A stretch of 64,000 nucleotides of DNA from Naegleria gruberi. Its lineage: Eukaryota. A program made the translations under genes and the position numbers. Location: the NCBI GenBank assembly GCA_000004985.1, contig GG738857.1; one strand, given 5' to 3'. Position 1 is the first letter of the stretch; each line of letters starts with the position of its first letter. The notes below the pieces were generated by a model. The model was given only the letters and a program-made list of their open reading frames with translations. It searched no databases and had not been told where the DNA came from. This document shows, in pieces, positions 32,744 to 44,800 of the stretch.

Positions 32744-33994
32744 ATGTCTGCCGAACTTGTTTCGAATGGTGTTTTGAATCTATTCGAAACGTTAGCAAGC
32801 AACTCAACAATAACAAACACAACACACGAATCTCTTGCCAGCACCTTTCCTCAATATTCCCAAAACGTTGGTTCGATTGTTGTATCATGTGTTTTCATCT
32901 CATGCTATGCCATTGTTGTTGCCATCATGAGTGGTATTCTTATTCGATACAGGAAGGAAATGAAGAGAAACCAAATTCTAGTCTTCTTCTTGGTGTTTTG
33001 GTGCATAGGTCAACAAACTCTTGCATTGATTTTTCGACTTGCCTATAATGGGAGAGCCCTCTGGATAAACTTGACTTATTCAGACTATACCAAGATTGAA
33101 AATTTCAATCAATTACTAATTCCACTCTATGTATTCTCTGCCATAGAGAGTGTTGCTGTATATTTGCAGGGAGCTGTAATTATAGTCATTATTTGTTTCA
33201 TTTTGAATATCTTGTAAGTATTTTCTTCATTGATTCGAATATTTAATTTTGGAAATAGTTTGGACACAGCTCGTGTTGTTAACGCCATGACCCAAAAGGC
33301 CCACAAATTCATCAAATACTTCTTCAACATCATATCTACCCTATTCGCTGTCCTAATCTTCCTACTTGCCTTTGTCCACGTTGGAGTTGTCCTCGCCTCA
33401 AAAGTTGCCACAAATTTCAAAGCCAATGTCATTGCAATTCTCATCGTTATCTTTGTAATCTTTGCAGTTACAATCACGATTGAATCTATCATGTTTGTTT
33501 TTGTAGGAGTTCGTCTAATTCTCTTTGTACGAAAGAATTCTCTTGGAATTTCACAAGCTAGCTCAAATTTCCTTCAAAGACCAGAAGTCAAAATTGGAGC
33601 ATTGATTGTTGGCATGTTGATTAGTGCCTATTTTCAATTACTAGCTTCGATTGTTGCGATTATTACTACGAGTTTCAATCCAGTGTTGCATGTAATTGAT
33701 TATAGTTTGCAAGCTTTGGGAATTTTACTCTTTTCCATATTTGTACTATTAGTTTACAATCCACTAGTTTCGTATAACATGATGAATAATAAGAAGGATG
33801 GGAAAGTGATAGGAAATACTACAAGTGAAATGAAATCTGAAAGATCAACAAATAATTCGAAACGATCAAAAGGTCTTTCACAAATTCCAAATTCACCAAA
33901 ATCACCAGTGGTTGACATTGCTCTTGCTGATTGTGTTTCACCTTCTGCTACCACAACAACTTCTGTTGATCAATCTGTAGAAGAAGATAAATAA
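32744..33994 (+). CDS. Seven-transmembrane receptor-like protein (possible GPCR) with 2 exons (32744-33213, 33259-33994)
   Basis: ORFs 32744-33217 and 33230-33994 are in the same frame and separated by a 45-nt GTAAGT...AAATAG intron. The joined protein has 7 hydrophobic helices and a Ser-rich C-terminal tail. Confidence 0.55.
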
Positions 33995-33995
33995 A

Positions 33996-34050
33996 TTTTT
34001 TAAATATTTTATTTTATTTTTTTATTTTTTTATTTTTATTAAATAACTAA
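33996..34050. terminator. T/A-rich spacer between convergent genes, likely containing the polyadenylation regions of both
   Basis: The sequence aaattttttaaatattttattttatttttttatttttttatttttatt lies between the two stop codons. Confidence 0.3.
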
Positions 34051-34051
34051 A

Positions 34052-37000
34052 TTAGGCATTGTAAATTTTCTCTAAACGATCAACAATTTCTTGAATATTA
34101 GGACGTGTAGAAGGAACGGGAGACCAACTTTGTCTAATTAATTCAGTCAAATCGAAAATTCTTTCGTACTCATCTGGAGAATCGAATTCCTTACACCATT
34201 CTTTGCATTCCTCCAAATCTGTGAATGGAATAATTGGTCTCAAATTATTTTCACAAATTCCCTTGTGAAGTTGATAGGAAGATTCAACATTGCTTGGTTC
34301 TTCTAATCTTAATTTTTGTAAAACTCGTGAGTTTCTACTCATGTATGGATCGGTACATTCGAATAGTACTTGCCAAATGATAATGGAGAAACTGTAAATG
34401 TCGATTGCTCTGGCATCTTCACCAAGTATATCGCTATTACTGGAAATCATTTCAGGACTTAAATAGTAACAGGTTCCTATTTGACTTGTGACAGAAGTTC
34501 TGTAATTGGATAACATCTTGCTGAGACCAAAATCACAAAGCTTACAAACTCCAAATCTGTCAATCAAAATATTGGCAGGTTTCAAATCTCTATGCAAAAT
34601 TGTTGGAGATAATGTATGAAGATAGAGAATTCCATTAGCAACATTTGTCAAAATTTCCAATTTTTGAGTGAGAGAATACTGAACTGATTGATTTTGCATT
34701 TCTGTTACTAAATTATCCAAACTCTTCTCCAAACACTCCATAGCAATGAATCTCTTTGTAGGACTCGAAGAAATTCCGTAAAATGTGATAATGTTCGGAT
34801 GTCTTAATTTCGAGAGAATGATAGCCTCCATGAGGAAATCCTTTTCAGAAATATTCATGTTGTTCATGTCAAATACCTTGACAGCAATAATGTTATTCTT
34901 CCAACGAGTTTGGAATACAGAACCAATTCCTCCTGAACCCAATCTCTTGATTGGTTTGTCCATGTTTAATTGTTCAATTGGAATAATGAATGAAGAATTG
35001 TCAGAGTTGTTAATGTCCATAAATTCAAAGGTTTCTCCAACTTCAGTTTGAGATAGTAATCTTTCGTCCAACATTTGATCCATTTCAATAATTTTCTTTT
35101 GCTTTCTATACTTGGAAAAGAAGATTACCATTGTTAACATGGAGAAACAAAGTAACAATAAAACAAATATACTAAATCCAACAATGGTTCCAATCAAAAC
35201 ACTGTTATGTTCACATTCCTTTCCAAAGCTATTACTGCATTGACAAATATCTGGAGCAACACACAAATTTCCATTGCATGCATCAGCTCCTGATTTTCCA
35301 AAGCAGGTGACCATTCTGCAATCTGTTCCAATATATCCATAGGAGCAGGAGCAAGTATCTGGTTTAAGACATGTTCCACTAGAATTGGAGCATACAGCCG
35401 AACTAGAACTTGAAATGCCAAAACAAACTGGATACTGACATTGATTTCCACTATATTGAGGGGGGCAAGAACAGGTATCACTATCTAAACATATTCCATT
35501 TCCGCTACATACTTTGGAATCCAAACTGGTCCACTCAAAACATTTTGGAATGCATCTAGTTTTCTCTGGATTAAGCACATAATTATTTTCACAGAATGGA
35601 ACTAGTTGTTTCACTACATTATTCAACGAGTCAGATACGAATATCTTTCCAGTATTATCCACAAATGATACGCCTTCTGGCTTTGAGAGAGGAACTTCCA
35701 CTGCTGTCAATGATGATTCAATAAGATAACTGGCAACAATATCGACAACATCAACTGTTCCGTTACCAGCCATTGAATAAATATATCTCTGGCCATTAAA
35801 ATTAAACACTCTTCGTAATCTTCCATTATTCTTATCACAAAAAACAAATTCTTCATAAGTTGGTGGAAGTAACATTATACATGTTGGTGAATTGATATCT
35901 GCATTGATGGCAAGACCATTATCTCCAGAAAATCCAATATTTCCAGTTCCACAAACTGTACTAATTGTTCCATCTTTGGAAGAAATCTTTCGAATTCTAT
36001 GATTGTTGGTATCGCTGAAATAGATATCTTCATTTAGGGGTGAAACTGCAATTCCAGATGGAAATGCCACAGTAGCACTTGTAGCTGGACCATTCTCTCC
36101 ATGGAATCCATAATCTCCAGTTCCTGCAATTGTACTAATAACTCCAGTCATTCCATCAATCTTTCTAATAATATTATTCAAATTATCTGTTATGTAAATG
36201 TTTCCACTTTTTGCTCTGACCATGCTTAGAGGAATAGCAGATGATTGATTGGCTGGAATATTATCACCAAAACCTCCAGAAATGGTTGTTAGTAAATCAT
36301 CCTTAATTGAGTACTTTCTAATCTTGTTATTCGACGTGTCAGCAATATAAATTACTCCATTTCTATAGTCCAATGCCTTTGGATATTTCAATTTGGCAGA
36401 TCTTCCTCGTGATGGTTCTGTTTCTTGAACATCATTGGCTCCACCAATAATCGTCTTGATTATTTTAGAATCTGCCCATCTTATTCTGCTATTGATAGTG
36501 TCAGCTATTGCGATTGGTTTTGGTAATGCACTAGCATACTGATTTTCGGATGAACTATCAGCAGTAGAAACAACAGAATATGGGTGAAAGAATTTTGCCA
36601 TTAATGGATCACCATTGTCACCACTGAAACCAGCTCCGAGTTGTGAGTCACCTGCAGTTACTGAGTACATCACTGGTCCATCACCATCACTAGTAAATCT
36701 CAATCTCTTAATTCGATTATTGTAAGTATCTGCTACATAAAATGCAAAACATTTATCACATCCGTGCACATCATGAGGTGTATTATAGTATCTACTATCA
36801 CTGCTTGCAACTCCCATTCCAGATATGCTAAGGATAGGGAAAATGGAAGATTCGTTCAGAGTGGCATTGAATTTGATAAATCTAATTCTGTGATTTAAAC
36901 TGTCAGCAAAGAGTATACCTTGTTGTTTTACAGGAATGTTAACTATGGTCATTCCTCTTGGCTAATTAATTATCAATTGATTGGTTGGAAAAAATTGTTT

Positions 37001-39044
37001 CATTTCAACTTACCTCATTCAACAGAGATTGTGTTGCATCATTAGAATTTCCATTATATCCAAATTGATCTGGAATACCAGCTAGTATTGTTATTACATT
37101 GGTTTCTAGATTGATTTTTTTGATGGCATGTCTTCCAGTTTCTGAAAATATTAAATATCTCGCTCCAGTGCTCGTCACATAATAAGCAAGACCAGTTGGT
37201 TTCTTCACATTCTTAACAATTACCTTGACATTATTAGTATTATCAATGAGCTTGATATTGTTATTGTATGTGTCAGATACGAAAATACCCATATCTGTGG
37301 CAACAATTCCCTCTGGCTGATTGTAGGTGACTGAGGAGGCATTCATATAAGTGGGCATTCTTGCAGTATTGTTAGGTCTCAAAGCATTTCCCACCACCAA
37401 TGATATTTGTCTTGCTTTTGAATAAATATTTTGGGAAACTCTGATAATGGCATCACTGTAAACTCCACTTTGTTCATTCAAAATGTAATATTCAATTGTG
37501 TCACCATTGACCACTCCAACACTAAGAGACATTGGTTTGGATGACAGGGAATAGTTTAAAGAAGAATCAATATAAGTGGAAGACTCCAAATTGACAAATC
37601 CAGGATTAAGAGTACGAACAGTTCGAGTTGTCAAATCATAATATCTAACTGCTCCAAAGTTTGATTCACTAATAAATAGTACCTTCTCCAATTTGTTTGT
37701 ATTCTCATTTAAATGATAATCGAAAGTAAGACCAGTTGGCTGTCTCAATGGGAACTTTATCCCTTTCATCCCATCCACTCTCGGTATTTGATCGCCATTT
37801 GAAAATACTGGAGAAATCATCTTGGTTTCCAAATTGAGAATTTTGATATTTTTCGAGTCTACCATTAAAACAGACTTTCCATCTGGAGAAATTATAAAAT
37901 TAGAAGAAAAAACAAAATGACAATCAAATGCTTGAGTTATTCCATCTTTGCATTCTTCTGCTGAGGAATCACTTTTTCCTGCCAGTATTTCCAGCTTTAC
38001 GGATCCATCTGTATTATTGATGGTCAACCTTTTCAATAAGCTCGAAGTATCAGTGAAATAAACCATATCCAATTCGTTCATAGTATAAGCTGATAAATAA
38101 GAGGGACAACTATAATCATATTCATCATCATAAGGACAAGTGGACATTGAAACTGGCAGAAGTGGAAATTCATGCCCATACATTGTTGTAATATTACCAT
38201 TCTGGAGAATCTTTCTGAACCTATTGGATCCCCTTTCTGAAATGTAAATCTCATTCTTGTCATTTAGTGAAATACTGTTAGGGGACAATAATGTTGAACT
38301 AATTGCAGGAAATTCGCTATCTAGATAAACTCCAGCACCTCCACAAATTCTATAAACAGTACCATTTTGAATCTTTCTCAGAATATTCAAATCCAGAACG
38401 ATAACATTCGCCTCTTCCACAGAATTCACCACTTTCGGATAAACAACCATATCACTCAATGAAAGGAATTTGATTTCACTTGCTGGAATCACATCTGGGG
38501 CCGCAAAATTCAAATTACCTGCCAGAATTCCAGCAATATGGTCAATAATTCCTGTCTTGGTTCGAATCCTCCTAACAGAAAACAAATCCACCAAATAAAT
38601 CACATCATACAAGTTTCCACTACTTTCGTCCTTTTCTGCAACCACATACAAATGATTCACAAATATAAACGTTGCATTTTTCACTGGTCCTCCATTTCCC
38701 TCAATACCTCTACCAGGAGATTCACTTCCTGTAATAAATTCCTGTTGTCCAGTTACAAAATCCAATTTAGCAATGACAACCTGATTCACGACATAATAAA
38801 ACGTATTTTCATATTGAACGGAAGGAGCTAACCCAACAAGTGAAAAGGTTTTTGTTTCTAATTTTGATGGGTAATCTAATTTTCCAATAATTGATTCTGC
38901 TTGATATTTAACTTGTGATTTTAAGAATCGGATAGTTTCGTTCAAATTACACGTCGAAAAGTGAGAGAAAATCATCAGAAGGCTGATGAATAAAAACATT
39001 CGGCATAGTGAGAATCGATTCTGCCGTAAACATTGTGTTGACAT
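34052..39044 (-). CDS. Receptor-like protein kinase of about 1645 aa with 2 exons (39044-37014, 36961-34052). It has a signal peptide, two large NHL-repeat (beta-propeller) ectodomains, an EGF-like Cys-rich module, a TM helix and a C-terminal Ser/Thr-type kinase.
   Basis: Signal peptide MFLFISLLMIFSHFSTC. At least 8 NHL-like repeats (N..IRK/IRF motifs). Cys-rich segment CSGNGICLDSDTCSCPPQYSGNQC.... TM helix IGTIVGFSIFVLLLLCFSMLTMVIFF. Kinase motifs HRDLKPANILID, DFGLS and SPE. A 52-nt intron (GTAAGT...AATTAG, phase 0) joins ORFs 37005-39044 and 34052-36952. Confidence 0.7.
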
Positions 39045-39911
39045 TTTTTTTAAAATGTTCCTGCGGAGTTTATTGTAATGAAACTCTTTATTTCAATGTT
39101 ATTGGAAAATGGAAGATTAAATGGAAAGATTATTGGAAGTTGGATGGAGTAAGTTGTGATCTATTGGAAAGATACTTGTTTGATTGGCGGAAAACAACTC
39201 CTTGATGGACGGGAGCATTATTCTAAAGGGTTTAGTTTCGTTTAGGATATTTAAAGATTGTTGTGAATGAGTGATCTTTTGTGATGTATTCATGACAGTG
39301 TATTGTTGGGTAATTGGTGTGTGATTCTTTTTGGTGACCTTTCGAATAGAAGTTGAAGGTTGTGAATTTTCTTTCGTAAAGAATAGAACAGATTCATAGC
39401 TCTGTATTGAAACTTTCTTCTTTTTAATGACGCTGAACATTGATTTGTTTGGTGTGTACACAACTCGATCAAAATTATAGTTGTGGTCACCCACCATTTT
39501 ACTTTCGTTTCTATTGACTTTATTCGAAAGCTCACTGTGTTTAGTTTGTTGCTTGTCCATTTTTTCTGTGTGTGTTTATTCAAAATCCCAAGTCACCAAG
39601 AATCAATCTGAAAACACACAACAAATCTGTGGAAGAAATAAATCCATTTCCAGATGAAAAAATTTACCAAAATCTAAGAAAAATTAAAAAATACAAAATT
39701 GTAAATTGAAGACTACTTTAAAAGCCATGAAAATTGATGAGAGATTCTTTGTGAAATGATGATCTTACATCTTCGAATACAAAAAGATGGATTCGAATAA
39801 GATTATTGGAAAGTAAAAACTTTCTTGTAATGGAAAGAAATTGACCTATTTGTAAAGATAAATTCTTTATTCAAACTTTACAATAAAATTAATTGCGTTA
39901 TTCGAAACTAT

Positions 39912-40633
39912 TTATCTAACTCTGTAAACCTTAGTGAACTTCAAATAAGCAGAGTAATAACCCATATCTCTTTGACGAACTCCAGTTCTAGAATTTTCAG
40001 CAGAAACAACTTGATTTCCACCAACATAGATACCAACATGCTAAAATATTCGAAACATTATTCGAAAGAAATTAATTTTTTTGTGAAAATTCAATTCAAC
40101 TTACACCTGGTCTGAACAAGATATCACCAACTTCCATTGGTTGTCCAGTAACTTCATAGATATTTCCATTTGGATAAACTCCAGTAGAAGTTGGAACTGT
40201 CTTTCCTTGAGATTTGTAAGCAGTGTAAACTATTTATCCAATAATAAATAATAAAATGGAGAATTGATGCACGATATTCATGAATTATTGATCAATAATT
40301 CATATAATTTCCATTTCCAAAAATACGAAAATTTGTTAATTTTCTAAATATGGAAAGTGTAAAAAAAAACAAACCTAAACCGGAACAATCAAAACATGGA
40401 TTACCAAGTCTATTTTGTTGAGAGTAACATTTACCAACTTGTTGTTGAGCAAATCTGGCAGCATTGACAGCAGCTGGTGAAGCAGTTGAAATGGCATCTG
40501 ACATTTCGTATTCCTTTTCGAAAGTACCCAAGATGGATTCGATAACGGCATCAGATGGGATAGCACTAGCAACAGCAAAAGTAACCAACAATGCGGCAAC
40601 GATTGCGAGAAGAATGACCTTGGAAATTGACAT
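39912..40633 (-). CDS. Secreted NlpC/P60-family cysteine peptidase-like protein of about 170 aa with 3 exons (40633-40375, 40229-40105, 40040-39912)
   Basis: Signal peptide MSISKVILLAIVAALLVTFAVASA. The NlpC/P60 signature NPCFDCSGL|VYTAY...GDILFRPG|HVGIYVGGNQVVSAENSRTGV shows the Cys and His catalytic contexts FDCSGL and HVGIY. Introns of 145 nt (GTTTGT...AAATAG) and 64 nt (GTAAGT...TTTTAG). Confidence 0.6.
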
Positions 40634-41527
40634 TTTTTTTTAATGATTTTTTACGTAAAGTCGATTGACAGGTTGAATTTGCTGCAGAAAAAGCATGTTG
40701 AGAGATAGTTATAATCGTGTGAATTTAGAAGGTCATATAGTATTCAAAGTAATTGATTATGTTATTCGAACATTGAGGTTTACAACATTTGTAAATTTTA
40801 AAAGTACAATTTTTCACTTACAGAAACAAAATGCAATTAATCTTTTGAAAGAAGAGAATCATTACAGTATAGAATTGAATCAAGAAATTGTTGAACAACA
40901 AATTAATCAAGCTCACGTGAAAAAGTTTTTTTTTCAATTTTCTAAAAAATCGCAATTTCATCATCACATGAAAACTTGAGCTTGTGCTTGGTATTTCTTC
41001 TTCTATCAACAATAATGGTGGTGAATATAGGGAAGGGTGATGATTGTGGCGTATTGGTATAAAACTTCAACATAAGCTGTTATTGCTCATCAATAATTAA
41101 TAATTAATTAATAATAATAATTATGATGATTTGGAAGGCCTCCTGCTTTATTCCTTTGTGGAAGTTTTAATCCGATTACCAATTTGCAAATCTCTGAATG
41201 TTTTAAACAACCAACAAGATTATTTACATAATGAAGAGGGATATCATGTTGTTGTTGTTGAAGGATTTATTTCTCCTGTTCATCAGCCAACAACATTTTC
41301 AACAATTAGACATGCAAGGATTGAAAAACTCCCTCAAACAGCACTAATTTCAAACTATGGTGATGAAGACTGGCCAAATTCTTGAAATCTATTTGCTGGG
41401 TGGTATTTTTGCTCCAGAGCAAAAACCACATCAACGGACCTTTCAAACTGATCTGAGGAACAACAAATAACTTTAAACTTGATTGTTCTTACTATGATGG
41501 TCATGTAGAAAAGAACAATAACAAAAA

Positions 41528-41803
41528 ATGAGTGCAATAGCAGTTATTCGATTGATCCTTGTCATTCTCTGTCCTCCTCTCGGCTTGTTGTTCATGTATC
41601 ACTTTGAAATGGATGCTGCAAGTAGACAAATATTTGATCGGAAGAATAACAAACCAATGTGGAAAGTCACTCTACTCAATGTTTTATTAACATTATTGGG
41701 ATATCTGCCAGGATTTACTCATGCCTTCTTGTTATCTTCAATAACAGGTACAAGATCAATAGAGGAAAGTCAGGGAATATTCACTCAGTGTGTAATATTG
41801 TAA
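41528..41803 (+). CDS. Pmp3/UPF0057 (RCI2-like) proteolipid with an unusual roughly 27-aa insertion between the two TM helices
   Basis: IRLILVILCPPLGLLF ... LLTLLGYLPGFTHAF corresponds to the Pmp3 consensus (ILAIILPPLGVF ... ILLTILGYIPGIIHA). Confidence 0.4.
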   Translation: MSAIAVIRLILVILCPPLGLLFMYHFEMDAASRQIFDRKNNKPMWKVTLLNVLLTLLGYLPGFTHAFLLSSITGTRSIEESQGIFTQCVIL

Positions 41804-41828
41804 ATAATGAACCATCATTCTTATAATT

Positions 41829-44800
41829 TTATTATTTAATTTTCAAGAGTTTGGATTTCAAGAATTGAAGAGGTTGATCTGATTTGGCTCCTAACAATTC
41901 AAATTTAATCTTGACATCTCCTAAATATTCATCTTCTTGATGGAGAGATTCTGGTGAAGGAATGATTTCCTTCTTGATCTTGTAATATTTAGTTCCATTT
42001 TCAATTTCAGAGAAGGGAATGAAAATAAATCCAATAACCTCAGTTGTCAACATGTCTCTATCACTGACAGAGAATAATAATCCATGCCTTTGAATAATTT
42101 CAGAAACATTTCTAGAAGAAGTGAATTAATTTCCAATAGATTCAAATTGATAACTTACAATGTAAACGTTTCATTATTCCAACGAGGATTCAAATTCTTC
42201 TTGATAGTTTTGGTCTTGTAGGTTTTCTTCTTCTTTTTGGAAGTTAATCCCTTCTCATTTTCAATATTGTAAACCTTTACAAAACCATCACAAAGTCCAG
42301 AAATGGCATCCATGACAGGTAAATTCCTTGCTTCCACAATTTGAACTTTGAGTATCTTTGGAATTGGTGCTAAGAATTTAGTCAATTCGCCACCCATTTG
42401 CTTTCGTTGCAGTATTGGATTAATATGCCAAACCTTGCTAGAGTTATCATTGGAGAAGATGGACCTGATACTACAGAGGAACAAGTGAGAATTAATCTTG
42501 GATTGATTTTCACCTGCCTTGTAAGGAATTTGAGAAGCAGGAATTGTAAATCTAAATGCCTCACTCTTAGTTTCCATGTTGTAAACCTTGATGACAGCAT
42601 TAAGCTGAGACAATAATTCAATTACATCTTCAGGTGGAATTTCCTTCGAGTTAATCACAATATAAATCTTCAATAGAATGGAAAAGTGATAAACTGGAAT
42701 TGGCTCAGGTAACATGAAATCCTTGTTTCTTCTGAATGACAGACGAACCATAGATGGGCTCAATGCTTGAACCTTGCTATCATCAACAGAGTCGAGCATC
42801 ATGTAGCATTGAGTCTCATCATATTCTCCTTGCATTGGCCATTGTACTGATGTGGCAGTTGGCAAGGCTCTATCAATGAGAGCAGCAAACTTTGTACTGT
42901 CATCAGCAAGGTACTTTTCCACACTGCCAGATTTTGGCATTGAATTTGAGGAGCTCAGTACCTTGGTAACATCTCCCTTCCAATTATAACAAATTGCCTT
43001 CATTCTTACAATGGTATGATCGATAAGGTTTTTTGTTTTCTGGGCTTTTTTAGTTGTTCCAGCTGTGAGAGGACTCAAATCACTTCTAAATGGAACCTTT
43101 TTGGTTGTATCTTCCAATCTTACACCAAAGCAAATATATTGTGAAGGAGAAGGAATGGGAGCATGAGACAATCTTTCATTGGTCACTCTTTTATACTTGG
43201 AATCTCCCATTAGGAAGAGATCTGACAAGTAATAAACCCATGAATCATCTCTTTTAGTAACGGAGGAATGGTCTACATCTATTGGCATCCATTCACCAAC
43301 GTAGGAAAGTGACCACTCTTCCTTTTGCTTTCTTTCCATTTTGAAAGCCAACAGGTGTTTGTATCCCTCAAAGTCAGCCACCTCCTTTGGGCCATTGTTT
43401 TCATGATTTGAAATCTTGAAGATATCACATAAAGGAAGAGAGAATAATGGTTTTCTTGTAACTGGATCGATAACAAAAATGTTTCGAATAGTTTCATCCT
43501 CTTCCTTTTCGGCAACAGAGTTTCTTGGTAAATCATCTTCATCCTCAAACGTGACAGTTCTGTTATCCTCCCTAACCGCATGTTCTCGGTAGGAAACAAT
43601 ACAAAAGACAATTCCTGCCTTTTCCACCAATCGAGGAATGATTGCCATTGGATCGATTACGCCATCCAAAATTGGGCCTTCTCTTCTCAATTCCACATGT
43701 TGTTTCTTCAAGAAATAGGCTTCCTTATCAAATGTGAATACAGTGAGTTTAACAAGCAAGTCTGAAGGTTTACAAAGATGAGGATGACTAGCTCCTTGAA
43801 ATTGTAACATGATTGGGTGAGAATTTGAAAACTTGACAGGAAAATCATAAGTTGTAATCTCTTGTCCTTCCTGAACTACAGCAGATCTACAAAGGGAATC
43901 AGCTCCCTTATTGAAATGGTAGTGTCTTATGTGTCTCACAATTGTTGAAAAGCAAGTTTGTTTTGGTTTCTTCTCAACTGACATGTGCTCACCAAGGAAT
44001 TTCATCACAAAGGATTGGCCAGTGGCGTGTGAAACCTTCCCCCAGATGATGCAATTACTTGGATGAGGAGGCGTTGGGAAGTTTCTAATGTTAACTTCAT
44101 TGTTTGACTTGTCAATATAACTCAATCCAAACGAAGAATCAAAAAAGAGATAGCTTGAAATGTTATTCGAAGCAGTGTTGGTAAGGCCCATTCGAGGTAA
44201 TTCTGAATGTTCATATCCATCTCCGATCATTGATACGAAATAAATTTCATGAATATGTTTCAAGTTTTCCAGTTTGAGGTCAAAGTAATCGAACGATGAT
44301 TCGAATGAATTATTGTTTCCTACAACACCAACAGCCATGTGACTGGAAATTGTTGGCTCTCCAGAAACAGTATGGTTACTAAATCTCTTATCGTGACTCA
44401 CAACATCAACAACTCCTCCAACAGAATCCATCAAGACACAGAAATGATTAGTTCTAATTGGTCTTATTCCAATAGCTCTATTCTCCTCTGTTATTCTCAA
44501 CCTCAATTTTTCACTGTCCACAAATATGGAGTTGTTTGAACCTGCTGCCTTTGGAGGAGAATTACTTTTCACATCTCTAGTTTCAAGTACAATGTTATGA
44601 TTCTCTCTAATTGGCTCCAAAACTTTAGGTAAATGGAAAAGACAACTATCATTTGGTAGAGGGAATGGCTGACAAGATAGGGAAGAATTATTGATAGAGC
44701 TGAGAGGATCTGCTAAATCAACCTTGTACTCTTTTTTGAGTCTGTCATAGGATAAACTGAATAATGTTGTAATGGTATTGCTCTTATTCATTAGAGAGGG

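Noticed and set aside
39117-39560. A 147-aa ORF on the minus strand upstream of the NHL-kinase gene
   Set aside because: The sequence is low-complexity and has no recognisable motifs. It lies in the kinase gene's promoter region and has no splice or start context support. It is probably non-coding.
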